Source: Octopus sinensis (taxonomy: Eukaryota). Taken from it: DNA of 56,506 nt. The translations under genes were made by a program, and so were the position numbers. The notes under the pieces were generated by a model that ran no database searches, was not told where the DNA came from, and saw only the letters and a list, made by a program, of their open reading frames with translations. The stretch lies in contig NW_021833646.1 of NCBI RefSeq assembly GCF_006345805.1, positions 1 through 56,506 on the forward strand. The letters run 5' to 3'. Shown here piece by piece: positions 1 through 10,997 of this stretch. The first letter of the stretch is position 1. Every line of letters begins with the position of its first letter.

Positions 1-1130
1 TTCTTTCCTGTCGGTCCGTAGTACAGCATACTGTGGTATGTGTAACTCCGCATCTGCTATGTCCGGTTTCAGGTGCGTTTCTGTAAGTGCTATGCATAAG
101 GCTTGATTGCATGCAACAAAGTCTCTCAGGAACGGGATCTTTGTCCTGTTACTGAGTGTTTGCAGTCCTCTGATGTTCAGTAGGAGTATCGAGGTGAGGT
201 GTACGTTGTTGCCGGCGGTGTCCATCCGTGTCTGTTTGCTGTGGTGGTCTGGTATATAGTGGGTAGTCCCACCTGCGGGCTTGGGTTTGATGAAGCCAGG
301 TCAGCTGCTGGACAATCTTTTGTGCCATGCACAAAAAAGATTGTTGCTCAGCAGCTGCTCTTTGCGACATCATGTTGGCTGTTTGTGGGCGCACAACATC
401 TGCGTACCTCCGCTTTGGGGCAGGTGGTGCGTAGTCCATCCCTTTCTTTGTGTTGATGGTTTGTCTATCTGCCTCGTGTCTCGTGACAGGGTCCCCGATG
501 TGCAAAGCGGCAGCCTGCACCTTCCTTTCCGTGCCAGCAGGAACCTCTCAGGTAGAACATACACCACCCGTGTGCGCTGTTTGGTTCCATCCTTTGCGGT
601 TCCACTTCTACTCCTGGTTGTTTCTCTCTTTGGTCCTGCTTGAGCTTTTTCTTTTCCTTAGCTCTTCCAGTCCTTCTTTTAGTTCTTTCCTCCCTCTACC
701 TCTTCACTGGGTTTATCCGTCTCCATGGCCCTTGCTGCCGGTTGGAGAACTTGCACCTGGGTTCACTTCCCGGGCAGGTTTCTCATTCAAAACCTCCTCC
801 TGGGCGTCCCCAGGTGGGGGTGACTTCTTCTTCATCGTCTCCATTCTTGCCATCTTGCCCCGCTCGTTCTCAAAGATGGCATCAGTGCGCCAATGTGCGA
901 CCGTACAAACGCATATGAGCGCACGAATTCCTGTCTCTTTCGCTCCATCTGAGCCGCTGTCCTCTTGTAGCCTCTGCTCTTCAGCGCAGCCACAATCACC
1001 TCGCTAGGGCTATCTCCGCCGGCGCACTCCCATGCTCGTACGAATAAATCCAGCTCGTCACGTCTCCATGCTCTGGACATGCTGGATAATCCGTCTATCC
1101 GTTTATCTATCTAATTATGTTCGAGAGAAG
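1..1130 (-). mobile_element. CR1-clade LINE 5' end: frameshifted ORF1 (Myb/SANT-like plus CCCH finger) and start of the ORF2 AP endonuclease, running off the window
   Basis: About 192 to 1 reads SILLLNIRGL...IALTETHLKPDI...YAVLRTDRKE. 563-498 reads CMFYLRGSCWHGKEGAGCRFAH. 1080-900 reads WRRDELDLFV...LKSRGYKRTAAQMERK. Nucleotides 1-400 are homologous to 7915-8275. Confidence 0.8.
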
Positions 1131-1134
1131 ACAG

Positions 1135-1745
1135 GAAGATATTAAGGCTAATTAGAAGATAGAGTACTTGAAAAAGAAATATTAACAATATTAAAGTTTG
1201 TGTAAAAACGTTATTTGGGTAAAAACGTTATTTAATCTTAAGGCTAATTAGGAGATAGAGTATCTGAAAATATATTAGCAATATTAATATTATATTAGAG
1301 TGTGGGTAATATTAAACGTTATTTATTTAATCTTAAGGCTATTTAGAAGACAGAGTATCTGAAAAATTATATATACAATATTAAGCATATTAACCGTTAT
1401 TTAATTTAATCTTAAGGCTAATTAGACGTTATTAATATAAACGTTATTTAATTTAATCTTAAGGCTAATTAGAAGATAGAGTATCTGAAAATATATTAGC
1501 AATATTAATATTATATTAGAGTGTGATAAAAACGTTATTATCTTAGGCTAATCAGGAGATAGAGTATCGAAAATATATTAGCAATGTTAATATTATATTA
1601 GAGTGTGGGTAATATTAAACGTTATTTAATTTAATCTTAAGGCTAATTAGAAGATAGAGTATCTGAAGAATTATTAACAATATTAAAACAATATTAAACG
1701 TTATTTAATTAATCTTAAGGCTAATTAACAATAATATTAACAATA
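1135..1745. repeat. AT-rich tandem repeat, 8 units of about 47-96 bp with core AAGGCTAATTAGAAGATAGAGTA
   Basis: Core starts near 1144, 1240, 1335, 1414, 1461, 1545, 1639, 1717. Confidence 0.85.
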
Positions 1746-1769
1746 TAAACAACATATATATATATATAT

Positions 1770-1814
<45 letters not shown>

Positions 1815-1815
1815 C

Positions 1816-1848
<33 letters not shown>

Positions 1849-1861
1849 TTACAATATATAT

Positions 1862-4800
1862 TCATCATCATCATTTAACGTCCGCTTTCCATGCTAGCAT
1901 GGGTCGGACGGTTCAACTGGTGTCTGGGGAGCCCGAAGGCTGCACCAGGCCAGTCAGATCTGGCTGTGTTTCTACAGCTGGATGCCCTTCCTAACGCCAA
2001 CCACTCCGAGAGTGTAGTGGGTGATTTTATGTGCCACCGACACGGTACCAGACGAGGCTGGCGAACGGCCACGCTCGGATGTTTGTTTTATGTGCCACCG
2101 ACACAGTGCCAGACAAGGCTGGCAGACGACCACGCTCGGATGGTGTTTTTATGTGCCACCGACACAGGTGCCAGACGAGGCTGGCGAACGGCCACGCTCG
2201 GATGGTGTGTTTTTATGTGCCACCGACACAGGTGCCAGACAAGGCTGGCGAAGGCCACGCTCGGATGGTGTTTTTATGTGCCACCGACACAGGTGCCAGA
2301 CAAGGCTAGCAGACGACCACGCTCGGATGGTGTTTTTCATGTGCCACCGACACAGGTGCCAGACGAGGCTGGCGAACGGCCACGCTCGGATGGTGTTTTT
2401 CATGTGCCACCGACACAGGTGCCACACGAGGCTGGCGAACGGCCACGCTCGGATGGTGTTTTTATGTGCCACCGACACAGGTGCCAGACATAGGCTAGCA
2501 GATGACCACGCTCGGATGGTGTTTTTATGTGCCACCGACACAGGTGCCAGACGAGGCTGGCGAACGGCCACGCTCGGATGGTGTTTTTATGTGCCACCGA
2601 CACAGGTGCCAGACAAGGCTAGCAGACGACCACGCTCGGATGGTGTTTTTTTTTATGTGCCACCGACACAGGTGCCAGACGAAGCTGGCAAACGGCCACG
2701 CTCGGATGGTGTTTTTATGTGCCACCGACACAGGTGCCAGACAAGGCTAGCAGACGACCGCGCTCGGATGGTGTTTTTTTATGTGCCACCGACACAGGAG
2801 CCAGATTAGGCTGGCGATCGGCCACGATTGGATGGTGATTGTTACGTGCCCACAGCATGGCGGCCAGTCGGTGCGGTACTGGCTACGCCCACGTTCGGAT
2901 GGTATTCTTGTGTGCCACCGGCACTGGTACCACAAAGATACAAATTCCATTGATGTTCATCTATTTTGATTTTGTTTGATTTTCACTTGCCTCAACAGGT
3001 CTTCACAAGTGTCACAAGAAGGAAGGTATGCACAGGTGGACTGACTACGTCCTAGGTAGGGGCCACGGGTTATGGCCTGACTAGTCTTGCCGGGTCTTCT
3101 CACGCACAGCATACTTCCATAGGTCTCGGTCTGTAGTCATTTCCTTGGTGAGACCTAAAGTTCGTAGGTCGTGCTTCACCACTTCGTCCCAGGTTTTCCT
3201 GGGTCTACCTCTTCCACAGGTTCCCTCAACTGCTAGGGTGTAGCACTTTTGCACACAACTATCTTCAGCCATTCTCGTCATATGACCATACCAGCGCAGC
3301 CGTCTCTCTTGCACACCACAACTGACGCTTCTTAGGTTCAACTTTTCTCAAGGTACTTACACTCTGACGATTATGAACACTGACATTACACATCCATCGG
3401 AGCATACTGGCTTCATTCTTGCGAGCTTACGCATATCCTCAGCAGTCATGGCCCATGTTTCACTACCATGTAGCATGGCTGTACGTACACATGCATCATA
3501 AAGTCTGCCTTTTACTCTGAGCGAGATGCCTTTTGCCACCAGCAGGGGTAAGAGCTCTCTAAACTTTGCCCAGGCTATTCTTACTCTAGCAGTTACACTT
3601 TCAGCACACCCACCCCCGCTACTAACTTGGTCTCCAAGGTAGCGGAAGCTATCAACTACTTCTAGTTTGTCTCCCTGGAACGTGGTAGAAGTTGGTCCCT
3701 GCACATTTCCAGTGTTATTTCTCCTGAGCATCTGCCACATACGAAAGCTATCTTCCCAGTTAGCCTACCTTTGACATTGCTGCACCTCTTATGTGTCCAT
3801 AGCTTACACTTGGTGCACCTTATAGAGTTTCTACCTACACCTTTTCTACAGATCGAGCAGGCCATCTACCTGAAGTCGTTTGTGGTTGGTCCACCTTCCT
3901 ACTTATTAGGACTTTGGTTTGGCTAGGTTGATTCTAAGGCCCTTCGATTCTAATCCTTGTTTCCACACCTGAAACTTCCCTCCAGTTCTGATAGTGACTC
4001 AGCAATTAGAGCAAGTTCATCAGCATATAGGAGCTCCCAGGGGCATCCTGTCTTAATTCTTCCGTTATTGCCTGGAGGACTATGATAAATAGGAGGGGGC
4101 TGAGGACTGAACCTTGGTGGACCCCAACCTCTACCCGGAATTCTTCACTGTACTCGTTGCCAACCCTCACCTTACTAGCTGCGTCTCTGTACATGGCTCG
4201 CACAGCTCTCACTAACCATTCATCTATCCCTAGTTTCCTCATTGACCACCAGATAAGGGATCGGGGGACCCTGTCAAAGGCTTTCTCTAAGTCAACAAAA
4301 GCCAGGTACAAGGGCTTACCTTTGGCTAGGTATTTCTCCTGCAGCTGTCTTACCAGGAATATAGCATCAGTAGTACTTTTCCTGGCACGAACCCAAACTG
4401 CATATCATCTAAGCTACTCTCTCTCTAATTAACTGGCTATAACCCTCTCCGTAACCTTCATTACCTGATCCAACAGCTTGATGCCCCTAGTTATTTGTAT
4501 CTAGGGCGTCGCCTTTACCTTTGTAGCAGTTGACTATTATGCTGCTACACCAGTCATTGGGTATGACTCCTTCGTGTATCACCTGGTTAACTATACGGGT
4601 GACTATGCTATAGCCGACACTACCAGATAACTTGAGCATCTCTGCAGTAATTCCTGATGGGCCTGGGGCTTTCCCTGTCTTCATGCTTCTAATTGCCTTA
4701 GCTACCACGGAACTATCAACTCGGATAGCTGGTCTCTCTGTTGGGTCAACATTCGGCAGACTCTCTTTATCCCATTCATTTTCCTCATTCAGCAACCTTT

Positions 4801-5560
4801 CATAGTGGCGTCTCCAAGCTTCTCTCTTTGCATCCTCATTTAGCGCAAGTGAACCATCCTCCATGCGAACATTTCTCTCCTACCACATCACGATTCTCTC
4901 TCACACACTGTCTTGCAACACGAAATACCTCAGTCTTTCATCCTCACGGCGCAGGACATTGGCAAATTTTCTTTTATCTGCTTCCCCTCTGGCTAGATAG
5001 ACCTGTCTCCTAGCTTCCTTCTGGCAGTCTGATACACTTCCCTGCTACCACCGTTCTTCCAGGCCTTCCAAGCCTGTTTCTTTTGTCTAATAGCCCTGTC
5101 AACAATATTGTTCCACCACCACGTTATTTTGGGTCTTAAGGGGACTTTGCACCAGCCACAGATCTGGTCAGCGGCTTTCAGCAGGTTGTCCCTCAGAAAC
5201 GTCCAGTTGTCTTCTACCCCATGTATAGCTATACCTCCTTCCACTTCGTCAAAGGCTTCAAGTAACATATCTAAATCTCTGTCCATTTCGCAGGTCTTTA
5301 AGCTTCCAGACCCTTCTTCTCCATGTTGGTCGTCTTCTAGTCGCCCTCTTAGTCCTGATCCTAAAGTCACTAACTACCAGTCTATGTTGTGGGGTGCATT
5401 CTTCGCCTGGGAAGGTTTTGGCATTTATAAGCAGCCATCTTTCCCTTTTTCTGGCAAGGATGTAGTCGATTTGGCTAGTATGCCGGCCCGATCGGTAGGT
5501 GACCAGGTGGCTTGTTGGTTTCCTGAAGTTAGTGTTGCAGATCATAAGACTATTCGCATC
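1862..5560 (-). mobile_element. 5'-truncated, decayed RTE-clade LINE with a 1.2 kb 3' UTR and (GAT)n tail
   Basis: ORF fragments: CNTNFRK...QIDYIL (endonuclease C-terminus), YLAFVDLEKAFDRVPR and GVHQGSVLSPLLF (RT), [16 protein letters not shown]...GRGRPRKTW. Several frameshifts; (TA)n arrays on both sides. Confidence 0.93.
2025..2920 (-). repeat. About 62-bp minisatellite (about 13 units plus 2 degenerate) inside the RTE 3' UTR
   Basis: Unit ttttatgtgccaccgacacaggtgccagac(g/a)aggct(g/a)gc...ccacgctcggatggtg. Confidence 0.95.
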
Positions 5561-5562
5561 AT

Positions 5563-5618
<56 letters not shown>

Positions 5619-5652
5619 CTATATATACATATATATACATATATATATATAT

Positions 5653-6036
5653 GCTAGCAGTATCGCCCGGCGTTGCTCAGGTTTGTAAGGGAAATAACTA
5701 TAAAGCATTTTTAGAGAGTTATAGTCAAAAAATAGCAAAAAAATGGGAAAAAAATGATGGTAAATTTTTTTTGAGAGTTAAAACAGGTGGAGTTGCGTCC
5801 CCTAGACGGTCTGTGGTTTGGGTTTCTCATTCTCGACCCCATGTCGAATTTATCGATTTTTTTCAGAACTGGGGGAACTTTTCAAAATTTTCGCTGCATT
5901 AGTTTTGAATTATGACATTGGGCTATGTGTGTGTCAAGTTTCATCAGAATCGGTTGAAAGCCGTGGTCAGAGTGAGGGTACGAGAAAACAGACACACACA
6001 AAATGCACAGACAAACTGCCGTTTATATAGAGAGAG
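5653..6036 (+). mobile_element. Non-autonomous element, possibly Helitron-like; similar elements at about 41745-42110 and 25750-26135
   Basis: Starts CTAGCAGTATCGCCCGGCGTTGC; ends ...cacaca...CCGTTTATATAGAGAGAT. The 41.7 kb element has a 5' CTAG hairpin and a similar 3' end. Confidence 0.4.
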
Positions 6037-6056
6037 ATACATATATATATATAATA

Positions 6057-6087
<31 letters not shown>

Positions 6088-6214
6088 ACATATATATACA
6101 TATATATACATATATATATATATTATACATATATATACATATATATATATATATATTACATATATACATATATATACATATATATACATATATATACATA
6201 TATACAATATATAC

Positions 6215-6265
<51 letters not shown>

Positions 6266-6287
6266 CATATATATATCATATATATAC

Positions 6288-6352
<65 letters not shown>

Positions 6353-6415
6353 CATGTACATGTATATACATATATATATATATATATACATATACATGTA
6401 TATACATATATATAT
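6037..6415. repeat. Long compound (TA)n/(CATATA)n microsatellite
   Basis: Directly visible; similar arrays at 1755-1860, 5563-5652, 8278-8380. Confidence 0.97.
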
Positions 6416-8275
6416 GGTTGGGTGTCGGGCAGCAAGTCATTCTCTTCAAGGAAGGTGATCAGCTTCCTTCTGACTATTCGTTCCATGACCTTACTGATGT
6501 GTGAGGTGAGAGAGATAGGTCTATAGTTCTTGGCTTCCGCTCTGCTACCTCCTTTATGAATGGGGCATATTTTACCTTCCTTCAGTTTTCTTGGAAGTTT
6601 GCCAGCTGCAAGGAAGCTCTGAAAGAGGAACTGCAGTGGTCTTGCTATTACTCTCTTACATGCTTTTAGGAGGATTGCCGGGAATCCATCGGGGCCAGTA
6701 GCTGAGTCTGTTTTCATTTCATCTATAGCCTTTATTACATCGTCTTCCTTTATATCGATGTAATCTATCGTCGCCGCCTCTGATTTTATATCTGCAGTGG
6801 TAAAAAAGTCAGTTGGATTGGTGATTTGGAGATGCCCAAGGGGTGGAGTGAAAACACTCTTGAATTGCTCATTCAGTATTTCACTTACCCTCATTGGTTT
6901 TCCTGTAAGTGTGCCATCCTTTTCGAGGAGTGGCCCTATTCTACAGTGCACCGTAGCTGTTCCTTTGGCATACCTGTAGAAAGCTCTGGGGTTAGATTTT
7001 ATGTTGTCTATAGCCCAGGCTTCTTTGTCTGCTCTTTCTTTTTCATGGGAGAGTTGTAGACATTTTTCGATTTCCAACAGTTTTATTTTTAGGTGGGACT
7101 TTTCACTGCTTTCAATTTGTTTGTTTAGGCGATTTGAAATTTTTGTACGCCGTCTCATTAGAATTTTCCTCTCTCTGGGGATTTTGTTCTTGTGTACAGT
7201 GGTCTTTCTCTCTGGGACACATTTGTAGCATATGGCTTGCATTACAGACATGAATTGTTGAAGTTTCATGTCGATGTCTGGCGAGGAGAGACATTCAGGC
7301 CAGTTTTGTTTGAGGATCTCTTTCTCAATTTGTTTCCAGTTTGCCTTATTGAAGTTCAAGCTGGAAAGATTCTGAGGGTTTCTTGTAGGCTGCATGTCCG
7401 TGCTCTCTTTTGGCCCGTACATGGTCAGCTCTACCATGTTGTGATCTGAGAGTAGTGTCAGTGTCACTTTCACATTATGGATGAGATCCATATTATTTGT
7501 GAAGCAGAGATCCAGTGTGTTACCTGCCCTGGTTTGTTGGAGTATTACTTGCTCCATGTACAGGGTGTTGATGAGGTTCAGGAGGGACCTCGCCTGTCCC
7601 TGTTCACATCGTGTCATTCCTGGGAGAGAAAGGCCCTCGGGCCATCTGACATTGGGTAGGTTGAAGTCTCCCATGAGAAGTACACTTATGTGCTGTTCTA
7701 GTGTGACTAGAACTTCTATTTTTATAAGGCAGTCTTCAAACTTGCCCATATGGCTTGGGGCATCTGGAGGGCGATATGTAGCACACACAACTACACCAAG
7801 TTGCCTTACATGTACAATTAGTGTGTCACACACCGAGTTTGAGTATGACAAAAGGACCTGGGGTGTGAGGTCCTCATGGATGTACATAGCAACTCCTCCA
7901 TGACTTTTTTTTTTCTGTCGGTCCATAGTACAACATACTGTGGTATGTGTACTTCCGCATCCGCTATGTCCGGTTTCAGGTATGTTTCCGTAAGTGCTTG
8001 CATGCAACAAAGTCTCTCAAGAACGGGACTTTTGTCCTGTTACTGTGTGTTAGTAGTCCTCTGATGTTCAGTAGGAGCATCGAGGTGAGGTGTATGCTGT
8101 TGCTGGTGGTGTCCACCTTGGGTCTATTTGCTGTGGTGGTCTTGTGAACTGTGGGTAGTCCCATCTGCGAGCTTGAGTTTGATGGAGCCAGGTTAGCTGC
8201 TGTACAATCTTTTGTGCCATGCACAAAAAAGATTCTTGTTCAGCAGCTGCCCTTTCAACAACACGTTGGCGGTTT
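6416..8275 (-). mobile_element. CR1-clade LINE internal fragment: ORF2 endonuclease to start of RT, truncated at both ends
   Basis: [41 protein letters not shown] (APE); [51 protein letters not shown]. 16-nt deletion relative to the copy at 1-400. Confidence 0.93.
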
Positions 8276-8303
8276 ATGTATATATATATATATATTATTT
8301 ATG

Positions 8304-8337
<34 letters not shown>

Positions 8338-8529
8338 ATATATATATTTATGTATATATATTTATGTATGTATGTATGTGTATAAATCTGCTTGATTATT
8401 GTGTTTCCAGAGCATGAAACTGTTAGCAGCTCATATTTAATTACTGTTTATATTGAATAATATTTATCTCTCAGTGTATGAAATATTTTTTTGCTGAACC
8501 TACAATAACAGAACAGTAAACAATATGTA

Positions 8530-8566
<37 letters not shown>

Positions 8567-9574
8567 TATATATATATATATACATATAAAGATATGTATA
8601 ATGATTCAGTTTTTTCTCTTTCATTTCCAGAGGTTACTTGTTTTACCAAATATGGACGATCTTTTGATTCCAGTCATGACAAATCCTGTGGAGGAATTTT
8701 TGCCACTGATTACGACAACAGTGCACTAACAGACACAAAAAAAAACACCCCCTACCAAATCCCACCCCCACCCCCACTTTATATATTCTTCCTTTCTCTC
8801 TTCTCTGCTCATTTCCCCCAATTCCTCCCACAACTACATGTGAACCATGCAGTCTATAACCTGGACTTGTAAATATTTCGAATTCTTTCTTTCTTTAAAA
8901 CTTTTACCATGGAACATGTTATTGTATACGAAAAAAAAAAGAAAAAAAAGAATAAGAGAAAACAAAAAACAAAACCAACCAAAAAAACTGTCTTATGTAA
9001 TAGCAACAACAGAAGAATGGTACAATAGGAAAATAAGTAGAAAAATAACAGTTTGTTTATTGTTTATTTCCAAAAATATTCCCTAAATTGACTAACTGCT
9101 TTAATAAGACTTTCAGAATAAATTTGAAAATAATAATAAAAAAAAATATATCGAGAAGACTCAAGAACATTCCAAAACCATATAAAAAAAAAATGAATGT
9201 TAGTAATTTTGTTTGGGTTTGTATAGACGCATCATCCATACATGTTTCTGTGTGTGAAGAAAAGATTGTGAAAATGCAAAGCTCTCTTTGTTATATAAAT
9301 GACCTTAAGATGCAGAAGAAGAACCAATGGTGTAATTATTATTATTATTACTTATGTTATTGTTGTTGCTTTGTTTTGTGCGAGCCGCTCCAAGTCTCAC
9401 CCAGAGACTTCAAGTAACAACAAATGGGTGTTAGCAATGATGTGTTGTAAGGGAAGAAGAGAATCTGAGAACTAAGATTCTGTTAAAGAGTTCTTAAGAG
9501 AATCAGATATTTTCAGGTTGGCTATGTTTGGCTTAGGAGTCCTTATTATCATTGTTATTATTATTATTATTATT

Positions 9575-10590
9575 AAGGTGGCGAGCTGGCAGAATCATTA
9601 GCATGCTGGGCAAAATGCTTAGCAGTATTTCATCTGTCTTTACGTTCTGAGAAAAACCTATACGCCAAGAAAACCGGGAAACCGGTCCTTATAAGCAAAG
9701 CATGGCTCGAGAAGGAACAATGGTTATCACGATGAGAAAAATGATAGGCGGCAATTTGTTCGTCTTTACGTTCTGAGTTCAAATTCTAATGAGGTCAACT
9801 TTGCCTTTCATCCTTTCGAGGTTGATAAAATAAGTACCAGTTGAGTACTGGGGTCGATGAAATCAACTTACCCCCTCCCCCAAAGTTGCTGGCCTTGTGC
9901 CAAAATTATTATTATTATTATTAATAATAATAATAATAATAATGAGGTGAGCTGGCAGAATTGTTAGCATGGTGGGCTAAATCCAGCATTTTGTCCTTCA
10001 CGTTCTGAGTTCAAATTCTGCCACGGTCGACTTCACTTTTCATCCTTTCGGGGTCGATTGAATAAGTACCAGTTATCCACTGGGTCAACGTAATTGACTT
10101 AATTCCCTCTCCCAAGCTGCCCTTGTGGCAAAAATTTGAAATCATTATTATTAATAATAATGAGGTGAGCTGGCAGAATCGTTAAGTATGATAGGCTAAA
10201 TCCAGCATTTTGTCCTTCTTCACATTCTGAGTTCAAATTCCACCGTGGTCGACTTTGCCTTTCATCCTTTTGGTGGGGTCGATAAAATAAGTACCAGTTA
10301 TATACTGGGGTCGATGTAATCAACTTAACCCCCCACCCCAGAAACTGATGGCCTTGTGCCAAAATTTCAAATAATTACTATTATTATTATTATCAAGGCA
10401 GCAAACTGGCAAAATTGTTCGGACGCCGGACAAAATTTTGCCCAGCTTTAACCTTCAGAGTTGAAATTCCACTGAGGTCTACTTTGCCTTTCAACCTTTC
10501 GGAGTCGATAAAGTAAGTACCACTTGAGCACTGTGGTTGATGCAGTTGACTTGCCCCTCCCCTCAAACTGGCTGGCCTTGTGCCAAATTA
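9575..10590 (+). mobile_element. Tandem cluster of about 5 tRNA-derived SINEs (family C) separated by (ATT)n/(AAT)n
   Basis: Repeated AAGGCGGCGAGCTGGCAGAA...GTTCTGAGTTCAAATT...TTTGCCTTTCATCCTTTCGGGGTCGATAAAATAAGTACCAG. Other copies at about 19480, 29990, 31769-31989, 37025, 42520, 43025, 46437-47020, 47920, 50540, 51850, 53990. Confidence 0.85.
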
Positions 10591-10952
10591 AGAAAGGATT
10601 ATTATTATTTATTATTGTTACTATAATATTTAGTTATGTACTTTTTCTTTATTGCTATTTCAAATCGTGCTTAGGTTGACCTTGTCTTTCATCATGCCGT
10701 TTGGAAGAATGTGTGGTGGGGAGAGAGGGAAGGATTAGATAAGTACTAGTAATATAGACAAATACAGGTATATCTAATACCATACAACATAAATTTTTGT
10801 TTTATTAGAATTATCTCCACCTAGAGGATATGTCATTTTCACCAAATGGCAATGAAGACCAAATCCACTCGAATGAGATAATCTCACAAATCAAGAATTC
10901 TCCAAAGTTGACATGTTATTAAAAATAGGGACATTGTTTGGAGATAATAGGG

Positions 10953-10997
10953 CAGTTGTGGGTGCATGTTTCTGGCTCAATAACCATCATCAGACTG
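10953..10997 (-). ncRNA. Degenerate hammerhead-like motif (HH1)
   Basis: CAGT-CTGATGA-TGGTT(ATTG)AGCCA-GAAA-CATGCACCCACA-ACTG; core and stem II intact, no UH site in register with stem I. Confidence 0.45.

Noticed and set aside
915-985. CTGAAGA...GAAA hammerhead-like spacing in the LINE ORF1
   Set aside because: No stem I or III pairing in register; chance match in coding sequence. Similar core-only hits at 19701, 20326, 33845 and 39667 were also rejected.
2025-2920. CRISPR-like regular repeat array
   Set aside because: Units are contiguous with no unique spacers, there are no cas genes, and the context is eukaryotic; it is the RTE 3'-UTR minisatellite
1875-2969. Many overlapping ORFs (MCHRHRCQ.., VPPTQVP..), also at 25023-25641, 29001-29313, 32129-32540
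   Set aside because: Translations of the VNTR/family-A repeat, not genes
6003-6526. Tyr/Ile/His-rich ORFs, also 43959-44529 and 18700-19140
   Set aside because: Microsatellite translations
8630-9470. Candidate exons of a neighbouring gene (8631-8730 on either strand; about 9397-9460 on minus)
   Set aside because: Splice-like signals exist but strand and frame are ambiguous and no protein is recognisable; unresolved without RNA-seq
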